Of a stretch of DNA of 64,000 bases, positions 52,396-64,000 are shown in pieces; the first letter of the stretch is position 1, and each line of letters starts with the position of its first letter. The notes under the pieces were generated by a model, which worked only from the letters and a program-made list of their open reading frames with translations, was not told where the DNA came from and made no database searches. Made by a program: the position numbers and the translations under genes. The DNA is from Camelus ferus. Taxonomy: Eukaryota. The stretch is taken from positions 84,942,001-85,006,000 of the forward strand of contig NC_045696.1 of assembly GCF_009834535.1 (NCBI RefSeq), written 5' to 3'.

Positions 52396-52932
52396 TGTAT
52401 CGGGGAGGAAGAAATTTTCCTCTACCCTTTTAGGTTCTTCTGGCTGGTCTGAGTTAATTGACATAAGACAGGTTAACAAGGGACAATCACACACAAGTTT
52501 AATAGCCTGTATACATGGGGGAGATCCAGGAAAACTGAGTAACTCACCAAGATGGCTGAAGACCTCACTCTAAATACCATCCTCAGCCAAAGACAAAAGA
52601 GATGGTTAGGGTGGAGAGAGTCAGTTATGGGAGGTTACCAGGAAAAGCACAGTAAAAATGGTTAAGGTAGTTATGTAGATTTAATTCACTGCCTTCTCCA
52701 TTGATAAGAGTTTCTAGAGATTTGGTCATTCTCCTCTTCCTGTTACAGAAAGGAATACACCCTTGCAAATGGTGATTTCCCCTCATAAATGTTAAGGATT
52801 CTTACAAAAGGATAATTCCATTTGATTTGCAGAGTTTCTCCCACATCTTCTGTTTCTTAGAGAGTAAAGAGCTTAAAATAATTAATATGCCAAAGAAAGA
52901 TACTTTGCCATGGCAAATTCTGCTCTCCTACA
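52396..52932 (-). mobile_element. ERV1-class solo LTR (MER34/LTR39-like)
   Basis: TG...CA termini; the minus strand starts tgtaggagagcagaatttgccatggcaaagtatctttctttggcatattaattattttaagct, similar to MER34-group LTRs; flanks tctg/tgtg. Confidence 0.8.
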
Positions 52933-53617
52933 TGTGTATTTAAAAGCACTAATTTTAATTTTGGTGCTAGTTTCATTACTTCAGATTAGTTTTCTAGTTT
53001 AGTATCTAGCAGAAATGAAATCTGGATATATTCATTTTTCCCTTAACTGTACTAAGTGCCTTTGTTGAGAAATCACAACACTTGAGTCAAATCAGAAATG
53101 TTGCTGAAATTTATATCTGAGCCTTTTAAAACCAGGTGCCTGATAATCAAGAGGTATAGTTGTTGTTGTGAAATGGCTGGGGGTGGGGTGGGGCAGGAAT
53201 CAGTTTTCTTCTAGGTGACCACTTGGGCACCTCTTAATACCCCTTTGCCTGATTTTGATGGTAAATATACAAGTTCAGCAGCCATGGCTTAAGAATGGTG
53301 TGGTAGCCAATGGCGAACACCCCTCAGCGATGAGAGTTTGAGTTTATTGCTCTAAATAAGCCACCCAGACCCCAGAGATGCTAATTCAAATTTTTGGTAA
53401 GAGAGATTCCCAGAGGGGAATCTAAAATGGATAGTAAAATAAAGTGAGAAAAAGTCTACTATTGATTCTATCCTCAAGATCAGCTATAATGACAGATGCT
53501 GTCATTGGTCCTCCTAAATTCCCACTTATAAATTACCCCAGGGAAAAAAGTCAGAATCCTATAGTTGCTGCTTCTAGTTTTTATTAAAAAAACATTTCCA
53601 GACAGTGCAAAGTGGAC

Positions 53618-53823
53618 TGTCGCTGATGCTGTGATCCAGCCTCTAGATTCTCCTTCAGTCATTACCCGGACATATTCCTGCAGACGCGAGGGTACTCCAG
53701 GCCAAGCGCCTATAGCTCTACTGAGCTTTCCAGGAATTTCCCTCAGCTGAAGAGTGGCATCTCTCTCTTGGTCATTTCTCCCTTCAAGGGGAAGACTATA
53801 TCCAAAAACTGCCTGATGTGGAC
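53618..53823 (+). mobile_element. LTR16-like ERVL LTR 5' fragment
   Basis: tgtcgctgatgctgtg...agattctccttcag...ggaatttccctcagctgaagag...tatccaaaaactgcctgatgtgg; another LTR16-like piece is possible at about 53335-53460. Confidence 0.55.
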
Positions 53824-54414
53824 AGTCAGCACAGAAAATCTTCCTGTTGGGACTAAATACAATTGTTTAAGTTTATTATTAAATTAGCAACCTTCAAGTG
53901 TAAAATAAAAGTTTAGAATTTGAAATTGGAAAATATAACCTAGCTCTCCTCCCAAAAATTCAAAGTCTGTGACTCTATAGAATTCTTATAAAACTTAATA
54001 TGAAAAAATGTAATACAAATATTCAATTTAATGATACATAGCATTTCAAAAGTAGGAGTAAATGTCAACTCTAGGAACTACTGGGCAGCCTGCCACTCTT
54101 CTCTCACAACAATTATTTTAATGTATCTATTTTCAGAAGAAAGACACTCTAGAATAAAATCAGCCATTTGTAACTGTCTTTGCTTTAATTATATATTAAA
54201 TTATTTTAGTATAATAGTAGCACTTGAGAAAAGGACATTTTTGTTTTATGTAGGATTTTGCTATATTAAAAGGAAATGAGGATTTGTTTTTAAATATCAC
54301 AGCTTTAGAGGTAACATCAGAGTATCGGGAAGAAAGGCTGGGAAAGAAAGGTAGTATTTTGGGTTGAGCAGGCACAGCGCAGTAATAGCATGGGGCAATC
54401 TCACATACACTCAC

Positions 54415-54458
54415 CTGCCAGCTGGTGAGGGGAAAGGGCTTGGCTGGCCTCTCTGCAG
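54415..54458 (-). other. Candidate internal exon (44 nt), gene unknown
   Basis: Minus strand: gcgctcactttctttgtatctcttag|CTGCAG...CTGGCAG|gtgagt; strong acceptor and perfect donor in unique sequence. Confidence 0.3.
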
Positions 54459-54838
54459 CTAAGAGATACAAAGAAAGTGAGCGCTGGGTGGGTGGGGCAA
54501 TCCCACAGACAGCCCAAAGCTGGCAATTACAATGGATGTGATGCAAAGTTTAAAAGTCAGTCTACATGTGATATTCCATTGATTAACCAATGTTTCTTCT
54601 GAGTAAACATTTTATGAAGGAGTATAATTATTTTGAACACTCTGTCCTTATTTTAGTAAAATATAGTCCAATCTTAACAAAAACAAAACTAACATACAAA
54701 AAGGAGCCAAAGTGAAGAATAGCACAGTAAAATAAGTATTAACTAGGGTCATAAAGATGCCGTTGATTTTTTTTTTAAAGACAACCTATTGAACAGAGAA
54801 GAAAGCAATGATTTGTCACATATTCCCATCTGCTTTCT

Positions 54839-55071
54839 GGGATGAATTGGGAATTCAAGATTTGCAGATACTAACTACTATATATAAAATAGATAAACAA
54901 CAAGTTTCTACTGTAGAGCGCAAGGAACTATATTCAATATCTTGCAGTAACCTATAATGAGAAAGAATATGAAAAGGAATATATGTATGTGTATGTATGA
55001 CTGAAACGTTATGCTGTACATCAGAAATCGACACAACATTGTAAACTGACTATATTTTAATTAAAAAAAAA
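54839..55071 (+). mobile_element. 5'-truncated L1 3' end (camelid-type)
   Basis: gggatgaattgggaattcaagatttgcagatactaactactatatataaaatagataaac...tatattttaattaaaaaaaaa. Confidence 0.93.
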
Positions 55072-55304
55072 TACATTCCTATGAAAAATTCGCTATTCCT
55101 ATACAAAGAAGATGTGATTAGTTGTATCCCTTGTTTGGTAAAATCCATTGGTAGAAAAAGGCAGTGTATTTTTCCTCTGGTTCACAAAATAAAAGTCCCA
55201 AAGAAACCCCCTGAAAGAGGAGGTAGGAAAAATGGAGGCAGCAAAGGATTTTGGCAAGAGAGAAACGCTGGATTGTGGCGCTGACATAGACGGTCCTCAT
55301 CACA

Positions 55305-55465
55305 GGCTGTTAGAGCTGGAATGGCCTTTGGAAATAATCTTGTTGAAAGTACTCAGTGTTTTTGTTAAACCTGAAGCTCTGAAGTGATTTTCAAGGCTAC
55401 ACAATTACTAAGTGAATGAGAGCGAACCAGAGTTCTTATCTCTTGATTCCCCACCCTGTGCTCCA
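55305..55465 (-). mobile_element. MIR fragment
   Basis: tgttagagctggaatggcctttgga...gaagtgattttcaaggctacacaattactaagtg...tcttgattcccc. Confidence 0.6.
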
Positions 55466-56399
55466 GTTTTATGTGACTTAAAGTCCAGATTGCTGCGGTT
55501 GTTCTGGGTAGTCTGTAGAAAAGTGGAAAACGTGTCTATCTCACATGCAAAGTGCACCATCCAGTGAGTCCCTATAGATTCAGGGCATTATCCATTTCAA
55601 TCAGATAGATATTTTCTGTGTCTTCCAATAGAGTTACAGAAAGTGGCCACACACATATTCTAAGAGACAATCTTAAAAGTTTTCACAGGTTTAAATATTG
55701 TATTTATGCTATTGTGCTCTTAAACCACCTGTCTTATGCAGTGCTATCACTCATATGGGCAATGTTTTCTCTCAGGAATAACCTCAAGAAGAGCTTGGAT
55801 CATTTTTTTTCTGGGTCCGTTTTCCATGTCAAACTGAATCTTCAAACACAAATGATCAATGGGAATTTTAAAGCTACATCCTAAAGGCATTTTATTTACT
55901 GGGGTCTTCCTATGATTATATGCATGAGATCTGGGTTGTAAGCTTTTCTGGTGGTAAAAATAGATACTGTAACAAATACTTTCACATTTATTCCCTTTAT
56001 TCCTCCGGATAGTACCCCAAAAGAATTAAATTCCATTGTTGTATGAAATTTAAATTGAAATTGTAGGAAAATGTGTTAGAAAGATTTCCTTTCTTCAATG
56101 ACTTAACCATCATGCAGAGACCTAACAGAACAGGTGACTACAAATAAATATTTTAAAAGAATATACTGATTAGCATATATTTTTGTCAAAGAGTTGAAGA
56201 ATATGTAGTTCCCAATTTAATTCAAAACTTCTTTAAAATAGATTTATTTGTTTATAAAATTATGAGAGTTTACAGTTTTACCTAGTAATTTAATGTATTT
56301 CAGTAAAGTGTAAAATAAATGTCCACATAGGGCTATGAATATGATTATTTTTAAATAGGATTTAAACATTAGTATAACCTATTGTCAGCATATGTAGAA

Positions 56400-56863
56400 T
56401 GTATGGGAGATTTCTTAGTATTTTCACATATTCATTCTCTTTTCCTTCCTCTCTTTCTTTTCAGTTTGATTTTTAGCAGGACACATTTTCAAGATGGTGA
56501 TGACATCCTCTAACCTCCCTTGCAGCTACGGGTAACCATGTGGTTAAATTCAGGCTAATGGAACTGAACAAAAGTGAGGCGTGTAACTTCTGTTTTCTGT
56601 GAAAACATCATTAGTTACCTTCCTCTCTCCTTCCCCTCCTTGCTCTCAGAAGAAATGGGCACCACAGGAACATCCTCTTTGATCATAGAGATGACATTGA
56701 CACATATGTATTAAGAATGGTAGGTGCTCTTTTGAATTTACACCAATATGGATAACAGGGAAGTGTGTTATAAGAGTTTTAAAAGTTCCCTTGTCAATCA
56801 GAGAGGTGAAGATTATACATTTAGTTTTAACCATAGACACACATGCTTTTAGATGAACCGATA
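56400..56863 (+). mobile_element. LTR33-like ERVL LTR
   Basis: cctcccttgcagctacgggtaaccatgtggttaaattcaggctaatggaactg. Confidence 0.55.
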
Positions 56864-56931
56864 TTATAAATTCATATACATTTTATCTAAGTGTGATACA
56901 CGATTTTTTTCTTTTGAAAATATCTGAAAAC

Positions 56932-56983
56932 AGGATTTAAACCATAGATTTGTATAAAGGATTTAAACTATAGATTTGTATAA
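56932..56983. repeat. 26-bp tandem duplication
   Basis: aggatttaaaccatagatttgtataa and aggatttaaactatagatttgtataa. Confidence 0.9.
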
Positions 56984-58269
56984 AAAGCTTATTCTGTGAA
57001 TCTATGAGCAATACTAGTGGAAAAGTCAGGGACACATCACCAACAAGAAAAAATCTAAATGCTTTCATAAGTGACCTTAACACTGAAATTAGAAGTGCCC
57101 CAAGAATGTTGATTAAAGGGATATTTTAGTTGGGGAGCTCAGCAATGTCCTTAAGGGCCCCATTTTTCCAGTTTATGAAATTCTAAAGACATTATGGCTT
57201 CACAAGATTCAAATGATCTAAAATAAGCATTCAGTTGGGGAATGTTCAACCAAATACAGCCAAAGGTATTTTGCAGTTTCCCCTGCTTCACCTGTGAATA
57301 GTGCTTCTAAGTTTAGATAATGATGTTGTCACGTGGAGAACTTTGAATGGCATCAATAAAAATCTGCTAACACTTATTTTTAGAAGGAAAGGGAGTGATT
57401 TATAAGGTTCTAGTTTTGAGTCATGTCATGAATCATTGTGTGTGCCAGATCTGTTCCTGTTTCACTTCATGTCTCTTTCTTTCATAATCACTCCCACTGA
57501 CAGCAGCTCTAGTAGAAGATGTGAATCTGTATCTCTATGTTAAATTACAGTCAAACATATTTTATAACATTTTGCATGCCGATTATCTAGATGGGATCAG
57601 TGACTTTTCACAGTATAAATTATTAGGAATTATTAATATCTGGAATAGTAACTTAGGCTGATTTTATAATGTGCTGATGAATGTTTGTTTAAATATATGG
57701 AACAAAGAACATAACTGAGGTCTACTTTAAACAAAAGAGAGAGAGAGAGAATCTCTCAGAACAGTGGGTTAGTTTTGATAAAGTCATTGTAGCACTAGGT
57801 TCTATTTAAAAATGAAAAGAATGGCAGTGCCTGTATTTTTTTTTTTTTACTAAGATGATACTGAGAACATTTGCTTACTAAAAATTATGTAAATTCTATG
57901 TAGTGAAATATAAAATATGTCTGTGAAATCAGTAACAATCTTGTAGGATTCTTTTCTTATTAAATGCATTGTCATGTACAGATTTTAGCTGTTCATGGAG
58001 CACCATACATTATATTCTCAATTGCATGTAGTATTATTACTCTTACTAACAAAATTATTATCACATAATATTGTTCAGTCTGCACAAATCTAAAGAAAAA
58101 AAAATGTCCGTGTTCCCAGATGTTTGGATAATTTCTAGGACTGTGGCTGAATCATTTTCTCAGTTGTTTAAGGCTTATGACTAGGGGTTCTGTGAAGTAC
58201 AGAGGTCTAGCTAAGCCATTTCTTCCCCTGCGGTGGATTCCCAATCTCACATTTAAGGTAAGAGTTGGT

Positions 58270-59223
58270 TGTATATAATTGGCTTGCTTTTCTGCTGTTT
58301 ATTCTTTTGCTTCTCCAGGCCTGTCTACTCTGCTTTGGTAGTGTTCTAGGAGGCCAATCTCGAAGGTCTGTATCAGTGGTGTTTTCTTGCCATCTATCTT
58401 TTGACTGAAGTTAATTAAAAGGAAGCACCAGCAAGAGAGTAGAGGGAAGGAGGAAAGAGTGGTCATGCTGTTTATTCACCAGCTCTACCCATTCCAGGAT
58501 ACACTTTTGGAATGTTTGTTTATATATTTTTTGTCCCATATTTGGCCATATCTTCTGTGATACTAAACCAGATCAGAGACACAGAGACCCTTAAGGGTCA
58601 GGTCAGGTTCCTTTGAGAATGAACTCTGCAGTGCAAACACTAAAATGTACATTCTATTCCTTCTTTTAGTCTAAGCTACCCACCAAAGGGAGTGTTGGCC
58701 ATAGATCAAGGTGACTCTTCCCTTTGGAAAGGAAAATCTCAGACTTCCTGTCTTTGAACTGACATGATTTCCTGCTTCCTGGGAAACCAATATACTGCAA
58801 TGGTCTTCTAGTTAGAGTAGGGTTAATGGAATTCAGGTGATAAATGGAATCTGAGTCTCAGTGTAACTCACGGAGGATTTAGGAGGACTGTAGAGGTAAG
58901 CTATAATTTTCTCATTGCAAAATGGGAGGCACAAAGACTTGTCAGAGAGAGGAAGGAGGAAGATGTAGTAATATCTCCCTGCCTCCATCCCTCTGTTTTG
59001 ACCTGCTTCTCTCAGTGGCTGTGTCTTCCATTGAGTAGCTCTCTGCCATTGCTGCAGCTCATTCTACGCACTATTACCATCTAGGCCGAGGTGACAGCAA
59101 GAGACACTGATGTCAAAAAGTATTTGGAAATTTCTGATCCTGGATTGGTTTACTATTCCTTGCTTATCCTTGACTACAACCAATCAGCCTTGACTGCCAG
59201 CCAATCAGTACCTGACTGACGCA
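58270..59223 (+). mobile_element. Degraded ERVL remnant: LTR41-like piece, gag/protease-region fragment, LTR41-like piece
   Basis: Two copies of the (gg)aggcaccagcaagagag...ggaaggagg motif (about 58420 and 58922); the middle encodes a frameshifted PGKP...LVRVG..GIQVING like ERVL protease; ends cctgactgacgca. Confidence 0.65.
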
Positions 59224-59864
59224 TTTATTTGGGTAAGTAGAAGACAGTATTTCCTTTAGAGGTTATCATGATAATATTCAAGGGATCTTTGAGAAGTGTC
59301 AGAAAAGAGAGTATGTAAAACATGGTACAGAGATGGTATTTTGAGAGAGAGACTGAAAAATTTATGAAATGATTGCTATTCTCAAAATGTAAGATAATAT
59401 GAGAAATGCACATAAAGCTATATAAAGTTTGCCAATATCATTGCCAGAGTAATTTTAATTACTTCACATAAAACCTTCAACAGGAAAATTTTAGAACATC
59501 TTTTATGAACTAAATTAGTAAATAGAAAAAAATTGGTAATCAAAGAAAAATAGAAAAGCCTGATTTCTAGTAGATTATGCAAGGGTTCATGTAAATTTTT
59601 AAATAAATTTAGATGATATGCTATTAATCTAGTATCTTTAAAAACTATAACTCTTCCTCATAAATGTACCAAAAAACACTGATATTACTAAGTAGGTCTG
59701 CATGACAGCCTTACAACCTGAAAAATAAAACACACTCTCACCTAATTTTCCCCTTTACCCTCATCAGCAGCACAAATTCTATCATTCCATTTTTATTTTT
59801 CTGTTACTTAAGGATAGCTGAACTAATAGGACAATTTTCCTTTCTCTATAGAGTCTAGAGAAGA

Positions 59865-60000
59865 ATTGTACTGAAACTTTCATGTGTGAAATCACCTGAG
59901 GGAGCTGGTTCAGAATGCCACTTTCTGGGTTTCACCCAGGAGTCTGATATAATGGATCTCAACACATGGCCAAAAAACCGGCCTTGCTAAAACCATGTGA
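59865..60000. mobile_element. MER5-family fragment
   Basis: aaatcacctgagggagctggttcagaatgcc...ctgggtttcacccaggagtctgat. Confidence 0.55.
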
Positions 60001-61015
60001 TAGCAGACCACAAAAGTACTATACAGATAGAAAATCAAAAGTCTTGAAAATAAAATAAAACAAGAATGGTTGTAAAATTCTAGGAGCAGGTAAGAAAAAG
60101 ATAAACTGGAGGCAAGAAGAGAAAACTGGTTATAGACGTCCAGTATCTGCAGATTTTAGGAAATGGGGATTTTCTCTCCTTGAATGGCATCCTAGGTATA
60201 CGTGTAAGTACAGATCATATTTATGTAACCATACTCCAGATTGTTCTCTTAGTCTCCATGATTTATTGCCTGGGGAAGCAGAATTACTATATTTAAAAGA
60301 TTTTCATGTTACAAATATCTACTCATAATCTGCCCCTTAAAATATTTATTTTTTATGCAGATGACTTTAAACTTTTTAATCAACATTTTAACTTCAGAAC
60401 TTGTATAAAAATAACTACAATAAAAGCAATAATATTACCATTACATCATTACAATATGATTCCTTTTCTGATTAGAATCACATTTATATAGACTGTCCCA
60501 TTGATACTAATAGGCTGACTAATTACCTACGTGCACATAATAATAGTGGCTGCTATAAATAAGTCTTATTGTTGTTCCAGCAGCTCAGCAATAATAGAAA
60601 ATAACAAGACAAACTAACAAACAAAAAATTCTAAGGGAGATAGCAACAGATCACTATTGAGTCATTCACCTTTTGTTTTTAATTTTGTATAGAGGATATA
60701 TACCATGTGCATGTGCAAATAGACCTATGTAATTTAACTTTTACAAAGGAATTAAAAGAAGAAAGTTGTGACCTGCAGAGTAGTGGTAACATAACGATTA
60801 GTTAAATTATTCTGAAAAACGGTATCTACTTCTTCAAGAGTTGTTTATCCTTCCAATATTAGCAAAGAACCTACATTTTGTAGATTGCTTTTGTACATTT
60901 TGTGCACTCGTAGGTTGTTGAGAAAGGGGAGAAATCAATCTCTTCAAAAATTCTTATTAAATAGTCACTTGATTCTTGGCATAAAACATGGAGGAGACGA
61001 GGACTAACTACTTAC

Positions 61016-61074
61016 CCTGGGCAACAGTTGGCAGAGACGTAAAGTGAAACACAAGAGTATGGTGACTCCTGCTT
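61016..61074 (-). other. Candidate internal exon (59 nt), gene unknown
   Basis: Minus strand: ccctctacactccctccatgttcag|AAGCAGG...CCCAGG|gtaagt; no stop in any frame. Confidence 0.25.
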
Positions 61075-61444
61075 CTGAACATGGAGGGAGTGTAGAGGGG
61101 GAGGGAATGACTTCACGGGGTGAATTAAGAAAGTAATTGTTGAGGAATAGACTCTAAATTTATTTAGAAGTGCAAGCAGAAGTTTAAAAAGGGTAACTAG
61201 GTTACATCCTTCAGGGGAAAGTAAATTGTATGAACAATTTGAACCTAGGTAGAAAATAAAAGAGAAATAGTAAGCATTTTGAAAGGATGACAATTGTGTA
61301 AATAGTTACCAAGGAAGAACATACATTGGATTACTTATAATTCTCTTTCTGATTATCTCAACTAAGGAGGAAATAAAGGGCATAATTGGTTTCTGAATTG
61401 CAGAGACAATATAACCTCATTTAAAAGTGAATGCTTATAAAGCA

Positions 61445-61913
61445 TGTATCAGATCTCTATGATAAACTTCCCCAAAATTAACATCTTCAAACAATTACAT
61501 ATTGTTTTTCATTGTCCTAGGGGTCACGAATTCATGCAGGGTTCTGCTGCACATGATTTATCAGGGCCATGCATGCAGCTGCATTCAGCCTGGAGCTCAA
61601 CTGCAGCTGGGTGTCCTGGAAGCCCTGTTCATATGACTGGCAGTTGATGTTGGCTGCGAGCCCTGACTTCCCTCTCCACGGTCTCTCATCCTCTGGTAGT
61701 ACAGATGGTCATCCAGTAGAAGCTACTAGACCTCATATGAGCAAGACAAAGAATGGGAACAGTGTCCCTTCTGCCAATTTTTGTGGTCAAAGCAAGTTCA
61801 ATTCAGATACAAGAAAATAGGAAACCAAATCCATCTCCTGATAGAACACAGAGCCTATAAGTGCAGAAAAGACAGGAATGTTAAGGAGCTAACTTTGGGG
61901 AATATCTATCATA
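61445..61913 (-). mobile_element. MLT1 (H-like) solo LTR
   Basis: tgtatcag...gcagctgcattcagcctggagctc...ggcagttgatgttggctg...cccttctgccaatttttgtggtcaaagcaagt. Confidence 0.75.
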
Positions 61914-63199
61914 GCACATTTGAAATACCACATTTTAGATCTATCATATCTCTTTTTTTCCACGAAGTTTGAAATAATGTAAATACAAATTATGTTTGAA
62001 AATTCATCTGTAATTGCAGAAACTAAAGATTGGCAGACCAAATAATTGGAAGCTGCTATTCCCACATGAAGAGTCAACTTCAGCTGGCAAACATAAAATA
62101 GCAACCAAACTACATAAATTTAGTTTGAAATAAGTTGCTGTTTATATGAATCAGAAATTCTGCCATGATTTTGGCAATGTTTTTTATTTAAATATTTCTC
62201 CTTATAATTGTTTCTAGACTATAAATATACCATTTCTAAAACAATTTACCAGTCCTAGTACTGGAAAAGGAACCCTGAAAACAATCTATAAACTTGGGAA
62301 TGAAAGTTAGATGTGATAATACACTGTGAATAAGGTCAAACAACCACCATTATATGAGAATATCTGTGACAAAATAGATAAGTTTGGTGAAATAAAAAAA
62401 CTTCAGTAAATGAACAAAAATAATCTGCAGTGGTGTAAGATTTATGAGCTCTAGGAATCCCCTTTTCCTACCCCCTTATATATATTTTACAGTTACTTTT
62501 GTGGGAAATTTTGACTTGGAAGAGAAACTAACCACGTCCCTGGGGTACAAGTGAACACCCTGAACTGTAACAGAAAGAAACATTTACATCCTTAATCTGG
62601 TCAGCCAGTGTCAACTACAAGATTATTCTATCTTCAGATTTTCATAAGATTGTCTCATTATGCAAGCAGAATTGAGCAAATAAGAAGTAAGACCCCATAT
62701 AAAATGTGTAAGCCTCAGGAATATATAATTAAATAAACCAACAGTAAATAAATTCCACTTCTTGGGTGAATGCACTAGGGACTAATAAGTTACCAATTCC
62801 GAAACATGTACACAACAGAAGGTTAAATCCAGTTGCCATGCAAACCTTGTATGTTCAGGTGGTCTATTGAGATCTGACCAGAAATAGCTTTTCACTTTTG
62901 AATAAAAGAACTGAAAAATAGGAACCCTGTGCAGTCAAGGCACGATCTAAGAAAATTCCCTAATGTTATATCTATTACCATATCCATCCTGAAGCAGGAT
63001 AGTTACTCATCCTACACCAGTCTGCAAAATCACCTCACTTTGGAACCAAAGGTAAGAGATATGTGAGGGAATAAAAGGAAGTAACATGCTTTTCTTTTTG
63101 TGCATTATGCACAAATAAGTCTTCCTGCTTGCTTTATGTTAAACATCTTTTAGAATTAACAACTCGATCAGAATGCTTGAAACAGTTAATACAATAGTC

Positions 63200-63610
63200 G
63201 AGGAAAGAATATCATCTCAGGTTATGCTTAAGAAATTAGATTTTATCTTGATGGCGGTAGGGAGTCACTGAAAGTTTTAAAAGGAAAAGTGACAAGATAT
63301 GGATGGCAATGCTAGCAGCAGTGTGAAAAAAATAGAGTAATAACAAAACTTTCTGGATGAAAATCCATTACAGAAGTTAAGGAGAAATAGAAAGGGTTAG
63401 ATGAAGGCATTAATAGAGATAAAGAGTGAAACCAATAAAGATTAACATGGGGAAATGAGAAATGATCCAAAAACTTCCTGAATTAGAAAGGGTTAAGGAA
63501 GCAAGACAGCAAGTTGGTTAATTGTGGATAAGGTGTCATTAATCACGATTCATAACATAGAAGGAAACTTAGTTTGGGGAAAACAAGTCCACTTTTGGCT
63601 GCAGTGAATA
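63200..63610 (-). mobile_element. L2 fragment
   Basis: gtagggagtcactgaaagttttaaaaggaaaagtgacaagat...tttggggaaaacaagtccactttt. Confidence 0.55.
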
Positions 63611-63809
63611 TATTAAAGGGAAAATAAGATTTCTTGGTAACATTCTTATCAACAACAAAAATTAGGATTTTCTTTTAAATAAAGCAACATTGAATACAAA
63701 ATTATGATCATTGCGCAGCTTCTCTAATGTTTATTGTGAGAAAAGGAATTTATTCACGGAATAATACCTATCGAATACACACTGTTTCCACTGATTTACA
63801 TCTCCACCA

Positions 63810-63876
63810 TTATATAGTAGGCATGGTTTTACCTGATTCTATGAAATTATTGACATTCTTTGCCTTATTTACAAAC
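63810..63876 (-). other. Candidate terminal coding exon of a gene lying to the right of the window
   Basis: ttattttttcag|G then FVNKAKNVNNFIESGKTMPTI-stop, followed by two AATAAA (63754-63749, 63735-63730) and a U/GU-rich stretch. Confidence 0.25.
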
Positions 63877-64000
63877 CTGAAAAAATAAGTCAGTAGCTCT
63901 AAGAGATTTCTTTTGAACACAATATGAACCTTATTTCTTCTGCAAATTAAAGACTTCAATTGAAAAGAATGTTTACTCACAAATTTTGTCCTCTTAAGTA

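Noticed and set aside
52184..52573. Longest ORF (129 aa)
   Set aside because: Runs through a poly(T) tract into the antisense of an LTR; non-coding composition.
1..64000. tRNA, rRNA, snRNA, miRNA genes or NUMT
   Set aside because: No recognisable sequence or long hairpin of these classes was seen; an Infernal/Rfam scan would be needed to exclude them formally.

Overview
AT-rich, CpG-poor, repeat-rich placental mammal genomic DNA, either intergenic or deep intronic. It is most likely camelid (Camelus/Vicugna). That is an inference from several short, young artiodactyl-type L1 3' tails (GGGAGTTCAAGATTTGCAGATACTAAC...) and from seeing no Alu, B1, Bov-A, BovB, PRE, CHR or SINEC SINEs. I cannot recognise any protein-coding gene, RNA gene, CRISPR array or CpG island. 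The supplied ORFs are mostly repeat-derived or chance frames. A large fraction of the window is transposon debris: L1 of several ages, HAL1, L2, MIR, MaLR (MLT1) and ERVL/ERV1 LTRs, and hAT and Tigger MITEs. Subfamily names are from memory of consensus motifs and need RepeatMasker/Dfam confirmation; boundaries of old elements are approximate. The best-supported structures are a twin-primed 5'-inverted L1 nested in an older L1, a multi-layer nested TE stack, a collapsed ERVL provirus retaining a protease-region remnant, and several L1 tails with target-site duplications (TSDs). Weaker leads are candidate exons on both strands (including a possible terminal exon at the right edge and an AG|GT recursive-splice-like site), a 56-codon smORF and a few motif clusters. 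I found no convincing novel biological system.
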